64,000 nt of DNA. Source: Clostridia bacterium (GTDB lineage: Bacteria; Bacillota; Clostridia; Christensenellales; UBA3700). Position numbers and translations under genes: made by a program. Under the pieces are notes generated by a model. That model did not search any database, was not told where the DNA came from, and saw nothing but the letters and a program-made list of their open reading frames with translations. Below are positions 8,073 through 16,726 of this stretch, one piece after another. Location: contig JAIDRT010000030.1 of NCBI GenBank assembly GCA_029061605.1, positions 1,693 to 65,692 on the forward strand. Direction: 5' to 3'. The first letter of the stretch is position 1; every line of letters starts with the position of its first letter.

Positions 8073-8507
8073 ATGGGTATTTTTAAAAAGAAGATGTCAA
8101 AAGAAGACATCATAGCAGCAATCAACGCTCTTTCAGATGATGAGCAATGCGAGTTGTTTGAAGAGTTGGCAAACGAACTCGAAGAAAATGACGAGGACGC
8201 TCAAGTCGATAATGAGCAAGAACAAGAGACAAGCGACGGAAAAGCAACTCGAAAAGTAATTGAGGAAAGCGAATCGGAACGTGTCGAGGCCGAAGATAGC
8301 GAAGAAGTCAATTCGGCTCTGGGGGCGCGGATAAGCGCGTTAGAAGAGCAACTTGCGGACATCTCAGAGAGGTTGGAGCAAATGCTTTCAAGTCTTGAAA
8401 ACAAAGACTTTGGAGCGCAATCCGGCGGCGGCTCGGAAAAGCCCGCTGAGGAAGAAGACGAAGCGTATATAGACGCTTATTATGCCAAACAACAAAGAAG
8501 AAAATAA
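8073..8507 (+). CDS. Scaffolding protein
   Basis: ATG 8073 lies behind CAGGAGG. 144 aa, very acidic, coiled-coil. Sits between the portal and the capsid genes. Confidence 0.65.
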   Translation: MGIFKKKMSKEDIIAAINALSDDEQCELFEELANELEENDEDAQVDNEQEQETSDGKATRKVIEESESERVEAEDSEEVNSALGARISALEEQLADISERLEQMLSSLENKDFGAQSGGGSEKPAEEEDEAYIDAYYAKQQRRK

Positions 8508-8522
8508 TGGAGGTAAAAAAGT

Positions 8523-9602
8523 ATGGCTAGTATTTTAGGGGATATCAAGACCCCATTCGTAAACGACTTGACTCTTAAGAGGGTTATGTCAAGCGCAGTA
8601 AAAAAGAACATTTTTCAAAACATTTTCACCAAGCCAGGCGAGGCGGTAACTGAGGAATTCAGCGAAGACACGTCCGCTGCTCAAATTCAGGTAATCAGAG
8701 TTAAACCTATCAATGATGATGCAAGACGTATAGGCGGAGCAGTTAACGGTGGCTATTTCAACGAAGACAATGCGGCAATTTCGTCTACGCAGGCTTATCC
8801 TATCAATATGCTTGAGCAAATCGACAGACCTATTGATATTCCTACCAACGCGCAGGATATGATAAACGTCAATCTTGTTGAGGCAGAACTTGCAAATTTG
8901 TCAGGAAGAGTCGCAAGAAACATCAACGCTATGACTATTGCGGTGCAAATAGCAAAGAACTTCAACGATTTGCGCAAAGGATTAGTAGAGAACAACTGGA
9001 TAAAACTTGACGCAGAAAATCCAAACTTTAAGGATGCTATTATTGACGCTGGCGCTCAACTTGACGAGGGTAACGAGGCAGAGGGTATTGACGCATATCC
9101 CGACGATGGCAGAGCGGTATTTATTCGTTCCAAAGTTAAATCTACTTTGCTCAAGACAGGACAACTGATAGTAGGCGGTAGCAATACGGCGCAAGATATG
9201 ATACGCAAAGGAGGACTGGACGCAAGCGCTACTCCTGAAGTTGCAACAAGCGGATATATAGGCGAAGTAAATAATATGCCAGTATACGTTGCAAGCAAGC
9301 CGGTGTGGAGACTCGCGGAGAAATGGCTTGGCTTGGCAGAGGGCGCGTTGGATGGCGTTGAGGCGCTTGTCGTAAGCGGTATTGGTACAGGCAGAGGCTT
9401 GGCGTTCAATCACGCGATCAAGATCGTGGATACTCAAAACGGACAAGGCAAGAGAATTCAACCTTGCTACCGCTTTGGCGCAGAGTGTTGGGACGCGTTG
9501 AGTGTCGTACCTATCGTCAAGAGCGATTTCACCAATCCGTCGGCAGATGCAGACCTTGAGGCAATTCCGCCTAAGTCCAGAACGCCTGTTGCGACGGAAT
9601 AA
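8523..9602 (+). CDS. Major capsid protein
   Basis: 359 aa. Follows the scaffold gene, has a strong RBS, and is followed by a strong terminator. Confidence 0.7.
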   Translation: MASILGDIKTPFVNDLTLKRVMSSAVKKNIFQNIFTKPGEAVTEEFSEDTSAAQIQVIRVKPINDDARRIGGAVNGGYFNEDNAAISSTQAYPINMLEQIDRPIDIPTNAQDMINVNLVEAELANLSGRVARNINAMTIAVQIAKNFNDLRKGLVENNWIKLDAENPNFKDAIIDAGAQLDEGNEAEGIDAYPDDGRAVFIRSKVKSTLLKTGQLIVGGSNTAQDMIRKGGLDASATPEVATSGYIGEVNNMPVYVASKPVWRLAEKWLGLAEGALDGVEALVVSGIGTGRGLAFNHAIKIVDTQNGQGKRIQPCYRFGAECWDALSVVPIVKSDFTNPSADADLEAIPPKSRTPVATE

Positions 9603-9609
9603 CAACTAT

Positions 9610-9632
9610 GGAGAGGGAAACCTCTCCTTTTT
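9610..9632 (+). terminator. Intrinsic terminator after the capsid gene
   Basis: GGAGAGG-GAAA-CCTCTCC followed by TTTTT. Confidence 0.7.
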
Positions 9633-9647
9633 AAGGAGGTAAAGACA

Positions 9648-10133
9648 ATGCCGATGAATGACGAATATATGACATACGACTTCCGTAAACACAGATACAT
9701 ACTTACGGAAAAAGCCGTGTTTGAAGAGGTGGGCATAAACCTCAACGATATTACAGGTGGCAACGTAACGGACAAAAACCTATTTTTGAAAAGAGTGTCG
9801 TCAGACGTATATAGTTATCTGCTCGAGGGGTCGCGTTCGCCCGATTATATAGAGTACATACTCGCTGTTGACACTGACCTCCGCGCCACGGTGCAAGATA
9901 TGCTTGTTGCGCAAGCCGAGTATACCTTGCTCAACGGAGCAATCAGTATGTTTGCAGGAATAAATCTTGCAAAAGGTACAGCGGTGGATATATACAAACT
10001 GCGCGACGAGAGAAAAGTTGCGGAGCAAGTACAATCTGAGGCAAATAAGATATTGCCTCAGTACGGTTTTTGCTTGAAATATGCAGGGACTTTGCCAACG
10101 ATAAGTCCGTCAGTAAAGCACAAGGGGTATTGA
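9648..10133 (+). CDS. Head-tail connector or head completion protein (putative)
   Basis: 161 aa. Called on position only. Confidence 0.4.
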   Translation: MPMNDEYMTYDFRKHRYILTEKAVFEEVGINLNDITGGNVTDKNLFLKRVSSDVYSYLLEGSRSPDYIEYILAVDTDLRATVQDMLVAQAEYTLLNGAISMFAGINLAKGTAVDIYKLRDERKVAEQVQSEANKILPQYGFCLKYAGTLPTISPSVKHKGY

Positions 10134-10134
10134 T

Positions 10135-10698
10135 ATGAGCATTATAGATGTTTATTGGAGATTGAGCCTAGATGGGGCTTTTGAATGGGCGACGTGGCGA
10201 GACAAAAAAATTAAGGTCAAAGCGCTTTCGCCTCAAGCCCTTAAACGCGGCGTATATAACAACGTAATTGCGGACGAGGGCTATATAACCTTGCAGACGC
10301 GCTTTGTAGAAGATTATAAGATCAACGACGAAGTGGAGTACGGAGGCAAGCGCTACGTCATCACCGACGTGACGCGCGAAACGAGCGAGGTAGTTTCTCA
10401 AGCCTCTATATATATGGGTGGACACTTGCAGGACGTGACATTGCAGTTGTTTGAGGTGAACGGTAATACGAGAAACTTGCATTGCGCTACGCCTATAATC
10501 ACAGTCGTTGATAACGTAGCGACTATCACCTGTGACACTATGGATGCAGTGGTATATTACTCGCTTGACGGTTATGTGCCAAGTTCACTTTCGCCTAAGT
10601 ATTCACAGCCGTTTGATATAGGGACGGCAGACAATGTATACGCGTTGGCGTTAAAGGACGGCAGATTACCCTCAAAGATAGGAGTGTGGAGCAAATGA
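10135..10698 (+). CDS. Head-tail or virion protein with a C-terminal chitobiase/hexosaminidase-C-like Ig domain
   Basis: 187 aa. The C-terminal 'ATITCDTMDAVVYYSLDGYVPSSLSPKYSQPFDIGTADNVYALALKDGRLPS' fits the 'IYYTxDGSxP...S..Y..P' pattern of CHB_HEX_C-type domains. Confidence 0.45.
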   Translation: MSIIDVYWRLSLDGAFEWATWRDKKIKVKALSPQALKRGVYNNVIADEGYITLQTRFVEDYKINDEVEYGGKRYVITDVTRETSEVVSQASIYMGGHLQDVTLQLFEVNGNTRNLHCATPIITVVDNVATITCDTMDAVVYYSLDGYVPSSLSPKYSQPFDIGTADNVYALALKDGRLPSKIGVWSK

Positions 10699-11000
10699 CG
10701 AAATATCAGCAAATAGAGTTGGCAATAAAAGATGCAGTATCAGCGGCAAGAGTTCTTATACCAATTGATACAGGAAACTTGAGATACAACTCTTTCAAGA
10801 TTGAGCCGCTAGGGAATATGCGGTGGAAAGTATTTATTGACGATAAGGTTGCGCCGTATGCGCCATACGTCAATGAGTCGTGGATATCGCTCAAGTGGAA
10901 CGGCAAGCAAAACCCAAATGAGGGCTTTTGGAAAAAGGTATTTGAGTTTATTGCAAATCAAATATCTTCAGCAACTAACGGACAAATAAAATGGAGTTAA
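10695..11000 (+). CDS. HK97 gp10-family head-tail joining protein
   Basis: ATGA stop/start overlap. 'PIDTGNLRYNSF' matches the gp10-family 'DTGnLr' motif. Confidence 0.6.
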   Translation: MTKYQQIELAIKDAVSAARVLIPIDTGNLRYNSFKIEPLGNMRWKVFIDDKVAPYAPYVNESWISLKWNGKQNPNEGFWKKVFEFIANQISSATNGQIKWS

Positions 11001-11002
11001 TT

Positions 11003-11815
11003 ATGGCAGAAATAACAATAAATCAAATATACGAGTTACTTTCACGAGAACTGGAAAGTGACTTAAATGCAATATCTGAAATAGTAAAGTTTTCAGTTAA
11101 GCCAAGTTTCAACTATCAAGAGCCCAGTAAATCGTCAAGCGTGATAAACGGCGTAATGAATTTTGCTACAAACAATGTTGCGCCAATAGAAAACTTGGAA
11201 GCATACACGTTGCCGTCGATAGTGTCCTTTGTCTGCGTAAAGGAGTATTCTAATGAGATTATGGCCATTCTGACAAAGTACATAGCGGACAACAAAGGAA
11301 AAGCATTGACGCTGGGCGATTACTTTGCAATACCAACGTACAGCACGCCTTCGCAGAGCGAGTTGCAAATGGTCGGACAGTTGGGCGAAAGTATCAAGAT
11401 AACTATGTATATTGAGTACGCTGTATATAAGGAAATACTTTTTACTAATGACATAAAAGCCACAATTGACGGCAACGTTTTTTTTATCAACGAGTTTGGT
11501 ATATCAAAGCAAAAGGCCTGTGACAGTGACAGCGTAGAGAATAATCAGACGTTGCAAAGTATAGTTACATCACAGTCGTTAACGTTTACGTTCAATGCAT
11601 TTATTTCTTCTAATGCTATGGACATATTCGACGAGATTTTGTCCCTTGAACAACTTGCCAAAGAACATACTCTCATTCTGTCCCTCAAAGATAATACGAC
11701 TTATAAATATAAGGTAGTTTTGAATAACAGTCAAATCAACGGCGTAATTGGAGGCGCAGTATACTGTTCGCTTACGTTTTCGGTTTCGGACGGTAAAAAT
11801 GGAGGCAAGCAATAG
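11003..11815 (+). CDS. Virion structural protein (possible major tail or tube protein)
   Basis: 270 aa. Called on position only. Confidence 0.35.
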   Translation: MAEITINQIYELLSRELESDLNAISEIVKFSVKPSFNYQEPSKSSSVINGVMNFATNNVAPIENLEAYTLPSIVSFVCVKEYSNEIMAILTKYIADNKGKALTLGDYFAIPTYSTPSQSELQMVGQLGESIKITMYIEYAVYKEILFTNDIKATIDGNVFFINEFGISKQKACDSDSVENNQTLQSIVTSQSLTFTFNAFISSNAMDIFDEILSLEQLAKEHTLILSLKDNTTYKYKVVLNNSQINGVIGGAVYCSLTFSVSDGKNGGKQ

Positions 11816-11825
11816 GAGGCGCAAA

Positions 11826-12341
11826 ATGAGTGAATATAGCATTATTATTGAAGTCAAAGGCGACGGCAGTAACGGCTCGTCTTCAAGTGGAAATGGCACT
11901 CAAGGCTCAAACAGTGGCACGGCAGTGGGGGGAACAGGCTCGTCGTCAGAGACCGGACAACTCGTTCAAGGCTCAAATGGGTCGACGCTTAAACAACTCA
12001 AAAAATCCGTGGCTGTGTCAGGCGCAGTGGCTATGGGAATGAAGGTGCTCAACTATAAGACCTCAAGAGTATACACCGAGACAGGAAATAGGCAATGGCA
12101 AGACAATATCAACGCCGCAAAAGAAGTCGGCGGACAGATCGCAGGCGTTATTGGCGGCTTTGTTGCCGGCGGCGCAATTGGTGGAGCAGTGGCTCTTGGC
12201 GGAGTGGCGCTAGACTACGCTTTGAAGTACGAGTCATACAATTTTGCAAAGCAGATGGAAGCCACGACCTTGTCTATCAAGCAGCAACGTATGGGCGTAG
12301 GCGGTATGTCAATGTCACGCTCAAGAGCAAGCAATCAATAG
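11826..12341 (+). CDS. Gly/Ser-rich virion protein with a glycine-zipper hydrophobic segment
   Basis: ATG 11826 lies behind AGGAGG. N-terminal low-complexity 'GSNGSSSSGNGTQGSNSG'. 'IAGVIGGFVAGGAIGGAVALGGVAL' is membrane-like. Confidence 0.45.
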   Translation: MSEYSIIIEVKGDGSNGSSSSGNGTQGSNSGTAVGGTGSSSETGQLVQGSNGSTLKQLKKSVAVSGAVAMGMKVLNYKTSRVYTETGNRQWQDNINAAKEVGGQIAGVIGGFVAGGAIGGAVALGGVALDYALKYESYNFAKQMEATTLSIKQQRMGVGGMSMSRSRASNQ

Positions 12342-12351
12342 GAGAATCACA

Positions 12352-12609
12352 ATGATAGCTATTACAATATACGCCTATCTCAATGGCATTTGGACAGAGC
12401 AAGTAAGTTACACTCGCCCCTTTCAGGGCGAGGATAAACTCGACGAAACACTTGACAGTGCTATCAATGATTTTACGCTAAAAGAGGCAGAACTCCTACT
12501 ACCGTTCACGGAGTATAAGATCGTTGCTAACGACCAATACGGAAATGCCAAGACTTTATATTTTCTAGTAGCGTCACCGTTGGCAGAAAAAGTGCGAATG
12601 GGAGGATAA
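12352..12609 (+). CDS. Hypothetical virion protein (85 aa)
   Basis: An AGGAG RBS and tight spacing to its neighbours. Confidence 0.4.
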   Translation: MIAITIYAYLNGIWTEQVSYTRPFQGEDKLDETLDSAINDFTLKEAELLLPFTEYKIVANDQYGNAKTLYFLVASPLAEKVRMGG

Positions 12610-12610
12610 A

Positions 12611-13366
12611 ATGGCAAAAAAGAAATTTGGAGGTAAAATGCGTCCAGCGAGGATACTTCTTGCTCGCACAGGCAGATTTGTTGATCTTTCAAGAAGTAAA
12701 GAAGATTTGTGGCAAGAGGTTATAGACGGTAATGAAAGTAACGCGAATAGCGGAGTATCCAAGCAAGGTATTAAGATTGAGCGTGTTAGAAAACTTGTAG
12801 ATAAAAAGCATAAAGATGTCAAAAAGAAAAAAGCAAGGGCAAGATTGGCAGATAGGCTTAAGAAAGTTGCGCAGAAGAAACAAAAAGCCTCTTTGGACGC
12901 AAAGCAAAAGATAGCAAACCTAGTACAAAGGTTTAGGAATGGAGAGCGAATAGACCTAGAGACGGAGATTATGGAGTTTGACTCTCGACCCCAAAAGGCG
13001 CTCAAAGAATTGATTGGAGAAAACCTAGATCTAAAAACACTCTCTTTACACCTTGACGAACTCAAGCATATGGAAAACGATCACGGAGAGAATGGTACAT
13101 CAAACCGTGATATGAGGGATATAAAAGATTATCAAGACATAATAGATATTATTACTGATTTTGACGAGCCTCCAAAGTTAGGATTGGACAAAAAAGGAAA
13201 TATAGATCTGTCAAAAAAATATATGGATAAAGATAATAAACCGTCCCCAAAGGTCGCATTTAAAAAGAGTATAAATGGAGTAAAGAGGTTGGCGATTTTA
13301 GCAATATCTAACAACAAGAAGAAACGAGCGCGGTTAATTACAAGTTATAAGGGGAATAAAAAATGA
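12611..13366 (+). CDS. Highly basic Lys-rich protein (possible internal or DNA-associated virion protein)
   Basis: 251 aa. RBS GGAGGA. Contains long K/R runs. Confidence 0.4.
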   Translation: MAKKKFGGKMRPARILLARTGRFVDLSRSKEDLWQEVIDGNESNANSGVSKQGIKIERVRKLVDKKHKDVKKKKARARLADRLKKVAQKKQKASLDAKQKIANLVQRFRNGERIDLETEIMEFDSRPQKALKELIGENLDLKTLSLHLDELKHMENDHGENGTSNRDMRDIKDYQDIIDIITDFDEPPKLGLDKKGNIDLSKKYMDKDNKPSPKVAFKKSINGVKRLAILAISNNKKKRARLITSYKGNKK

Positions 13367-13529
13367 CAAGAGCCATTAAGACTCTTGTCGGACACGTGAG
13401 TTATGCTGCTTTCGCCCCTTCCTCTTACGTCCAAAACCGATCCGTATCACTACTGTTATTATACGCAATAATTGAGGTAAAAGTCAATGGGTTGTGCAAA
13501 AAAAATCGCAGTCGGAATTTTTTATATGA

Positions 13530-14048
13530 TTACTGACCGCTATCAGTCGGCTTGAGATAGTGCTTTTCGAGTATGAGGTACACGACGTCTAGGACAAGCA
13601 AGACAAGGAAGATATAGAATGTAAAGCAAAAGTTGGTGGATAGTTTAACCGTGTTTGCGTCTATATCGTCCATAAGAAAGCCAATCCCTTGCAGGAACAT
13701 AACGAGAACAGCGCAAACAAGCGACCAAGTAAAATTGAATTTCTTGCACTTGAAGTTGCGCACGACGCTAATAATCGCCAAGACAAGGCAGGCTATTAAC
13801 AAAGCCGTATAAATAACATAAACAGCAATGTTTAACTTGTTATTTAAATAGGATTGAGTTGCTTGATCATATGTAATGTTGAACATTGAGTAGGGGACCC
13901 AAATTATAAATGGAAGGAATCCATCAAACTGACCGTTTTTAAGTTTTATATTATCTAACGGAAAGAAAAATAAAACCAAATAGAGAATGGATAGCCCAAG
14001 CGTTATCCATTTTTTGTTCTTAGAAACATTAATAATAAAAGTCTTCAT
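13530..14048 (-). CDS. Reverse-strand polytopic membrane protein (moron) inside the tail module
   Basis: 172 aa counted from ATG 14048, with about five hydrophobic helices. It is the only minus-strand gene between 874 and 21263. Confidence 0.55.
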   Translation of the reverse strand: MKTFIINVSKNKKWITLGLSILYLVLFFFPLDNIKLKNGQFDGFLPFIIWVPYSMFNITYDQATQSYLNNKLNIAVYVIYTALLIACLVLAIISVVRNFKCKKFNFTWSLVCAVLVMFLQGIGFLMDDIDANTVKLSTNFCFTFYIFLVLLVLDVVYLILEKHYLKPTDSGQ

Positions 14049-14088
14049 AGACAAATAATAACATATATGGAGGTAAAAAACAACTATT

Positions 14089-16716
14089 ATGTATAAGACT
14101 AGATTAAATTTAATTGAGCCAACAAAACTCTTGGAACGTGTGACTGTAGACAATTTACGTTTCCTTAACCCACTTGGGCACGATTACGCAAGCGGAGCAT
14201 ACGACATAAGTCCACAAGTGAGCGATAAGCAGTTCGCGGACAACTTTGCAGAATATACTACAGATAGAGGCACAACTGCGCCGCAAAGAACAAATTTGCG
14301 AAACGAGGTATATAAAAATATATATACAACGAATACGTCAATATCAATCTATAAACTGTGTTTTTGGAGTATGACATCATTAGGCAACGTAAACTTGTCA
14401 ACAGTAATAACCTTAAAAGCGCCCGACAACAGCGCATTGTGGACAGGAGAAACAAACCAAACTACCAACGAGGTAATGGCGATTTTGCCACTCACTCAAA
14501 AAGGTACATATATGTTAGAATACAGAACAAAGAATACTGCAATGGGGGCAGACTATGATATGGCTACTTACACTTTTAATGTAATAGGTTTTACCACTCG
14601 CAAGCCCTACACAATAACGGACGTAATCAACCGCATTTTGAATGCAGGCGTAGGGGCTTGGAACGGCTACTATAAGTTAGACCCTGCATTGGCGGAGCGT
14701 TGGTCGAAGATACCTGCGCCGGAGTTTGAAATTACAGGCAAGACGCTGTATGAAGCGCTTCTTATGATAGGCGGATATAAGGACATACAGGGCATACCGA
14801 GACTTGGACCCACGCCAGGGAGCGAGAAGAGCGGCGAGGATTGGAAGTTTAACTATATTACGTTCAGATTGCTCAACGAGGGTACGGAGTGGGTACCGCC
14901 GAGCGGTTGTATAGATAGGCAAGTGGTACACAATGGCGAAAGTTACTGCGGAGGATTGGAGAGTTATGTAGATAATTTTGTGGACAATGCTAAGAACGGT
15001 GCCGTGCGTATACCTTACCCGACAACGGTGCGAACGGAGACGACAGACCTTGTTATTGACGACAACTACGCCATAATCAAGACTGACTTCCCAATATACA
15101 AGGTCAATAAGGTTACACAATATAGCGTAAATTCAAGTAGCGTACCTGTTGGTGACATAACGCCGTATATCTTTGAGAAGAGCGAGTACGACAACTTGAG
15201 TTCATATGTTGGCGAATTTCCAACTGCCAAGCAATTCGCAATGTACTACATACAAGGACAGCCCAATATATACGGACTTGTACTTAAGCCCGAAGTTGCA
15301 ACGGCGTTGGGGCTTGCGACTGATAAAGGACAATTCGCAGCGGTGCAGATAGCAGACAAGAGAAGCGGGCAAAAATACTTTAGCGGATATGGCATCTCGG
15401 CGTTTGCTTATAGCGTAGACTATACGCCAATGACAAGTCGCAGAGTAAGGCAGTTTAGACCAACGGATAAATACCCAAACGGAAACTTGTTGTATTACAA
15501 CCAAAGCGCAAATATCGTTGACAGCAAGAATTACGGCGGACGAATGAAGAGTGAACTTGCGAGAATTGGAAACAAAGTGGAGTTGGAGACTTATAGAATA
15601 TATGATTTGGCGCATAAGCCTAAAGTTGGGCAGACCAAAGACGGTAAGAAAATAACGCAGGTAGATTGGGAAATTGGCACGACGTCAATCAAGGTAACGA
15701 TACATCTCGTTGAGAATTACAACAGAATAAGCGAATATATAGGAATCAATTCTATGCAGAGATTTTACGAGGTCAGCGAAAAACAAGCGACTGATAGGGC
15801 TTGTAACTTCTCGTATTTTGCAAAAGTCAACGGCGTTGCTGGTGATAAGCGTGTATTGACGCCCGCAGGTGTCAATGCGTTTGCTAAGGTCTTTCAGAAT
15901 ATTCCAGAAGAGCAGGTCGGAGATGATGAGATTACTTTTGTTGTGGCTACAGCGTATTCCAAAGACGGAGAGCGGATACAAAGTCCTACAGTACACGCCG
16001 TAAGTAGTAACGGCTTCGGCAATTCAATATGTTTCTTTTTTAGTTTTGAGGATAACTATTCAGCGGGCGGACAAGCAGTCAGAAACGGAGATGCAAGAAA
16101 AGTGCAAGTTGCAGTGCCTTATGGAGACGAGTACGGCGAATTTTATTCTCTCAAAATGGACTTTTATAAGTATAAGACAGATAGAAGCAAGACTAAGTAT
16201 CCTAACGGCTTTACATATCTGGATCAAATAGAAAATGGTTGGTGCGATTTGTTGCCAGAAGTGCAAACAGACGACTTTGACGGAGATCCATATATGAGTT
16301 ACACCGCGGTTATAGACAAGAACAGCGGAGAGAAGATCTCAGTCGAGACGCAAATACACTTCCAAGCCGGCAATCCTGATACGATAATAGGCACTGCGCT
16401 TGGCGAAGATAACCCGCTTGTGAGTAACGAGCGTCATACGCATACGTTTGTATGCTTGCCATATAGATTGGAGGCTTTGCAAGAGAGAATACCTGTCGAA
16501 GACATAGAGAAATATAAAATCGCAACGCCAAAAATCACGGCATTTATTAGCGCAGTTGATATTGGCACAATCACCAATACGACAGGACAGGACGCATTAT
16601 CCTGGGCTTGCGTCAACGAGAATGGAGATATATTGCTGGGCAGAAATCAAGCGATAAAAAATGGTCGGTATGAAACCGCGCCTGCATCAATAAATCTAGA
16701 TTTATCTATCAAATAG
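14089..16716 (+). CDS. Large tail or baseplate structural protein (875 aa)
   Basis: Size and position upstream of the fibre gene. No coiled-coil tape-measure character. Confidence 0.5.
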   Translation: MYKTRLNLIEPTKLLERVTVDNLRFLNPLGHDYASGAYDISPQVSDKQFADNFAEYTTDRGTTAPQRTNLRNEVYKNIYTTNTSISIYKLCFWSMTSLGNVNLSTVITLKAPDNSALWTGETNQTTNEVMAILPLTQKGTYMLEYRTKNTAMGADYDMATYTFNVIGFTTRKPYTITDVINRILNAGVGAWNGYYKLDPALAERWSKIPAPEFEITGKTLYEALLMIGGYKDIQGIPRLGPTPGSEKSGEDWKFNYITFRLLNEGTEWVPPSGCIDRQVVHNGESYCGGLESYVDNFVDNAKNGAVRIPYPTTVRTETTDLVIDDNYAIIKTDFPIYKVNKVTQYSVNSSSVPVGDITPYIFEKSEYDNLSSYVGEFPTAKQFAMYYIQGQPNIYGLVLKPEVATALGLATDKGQFAAVQIADKRSGQKYFSGYGISAFAYSVDYTPMTSRRVRQFRPTDKYPNGNLLYYNQSANIVDSKNYGGRMKSELARIGNKVELETYRIYDLAHKPKVGQTKDGKKITQVDWEIGTTSIKVTIHLVENYNRISEYIGINSMQRFYEVSEKQATDRACNFSYFAKVNGVAGDKRVLTPAGVNAFAKVFQNIPEEQVGDDEITFVVATAYSKDGERIQSPTVHAVSSNGFGNSICFFFSFEDNYSAGGQAVRNGDARKVQVAVPYGDEYGEFYSLKMDFYKYKTDRSKTKYPNGFTYLDQIENGWCDLLPEVQTDDFDGDPYMSYTAVIDKNSGEKISVETQIHFQAGNPDTIIGTALGEDNPLVSNERHTHTFVCLPYRLEALQERIPVEDIEKYKIATPKITAFISAVDIGTITNTTGQDALSWACVNENGDILLGRNQAIKNGRYETAPASINLDLSIK

Positions 16717-16726
16717 GAGGTAAAAA

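Noticed and set aside
8982-9605. A 207-aa minus-strand ORF, plus a 117-aa ORF at 9056-9409, opposite the major capsid gene.
   Set aside because: It lies fully antisense to a well-supported gene with a strong RBS and terminator. It has no RBS, and its Cys/Arg/Leu-rich composition is typical of a shadow ORF.
12574-13065. A 163-aa minus-strand ORF, and an Arg-rich + strand alternative-frame ORF at 12095-12355.
   Set aside because: The first is antisense to the Lys-rich gene. AAG/AAA-rich coding gives open CTT/TTT frames on the other strand. The second is an off-frame reading of the GGC-rich Gly-zipper gene. Neither has an RBS.
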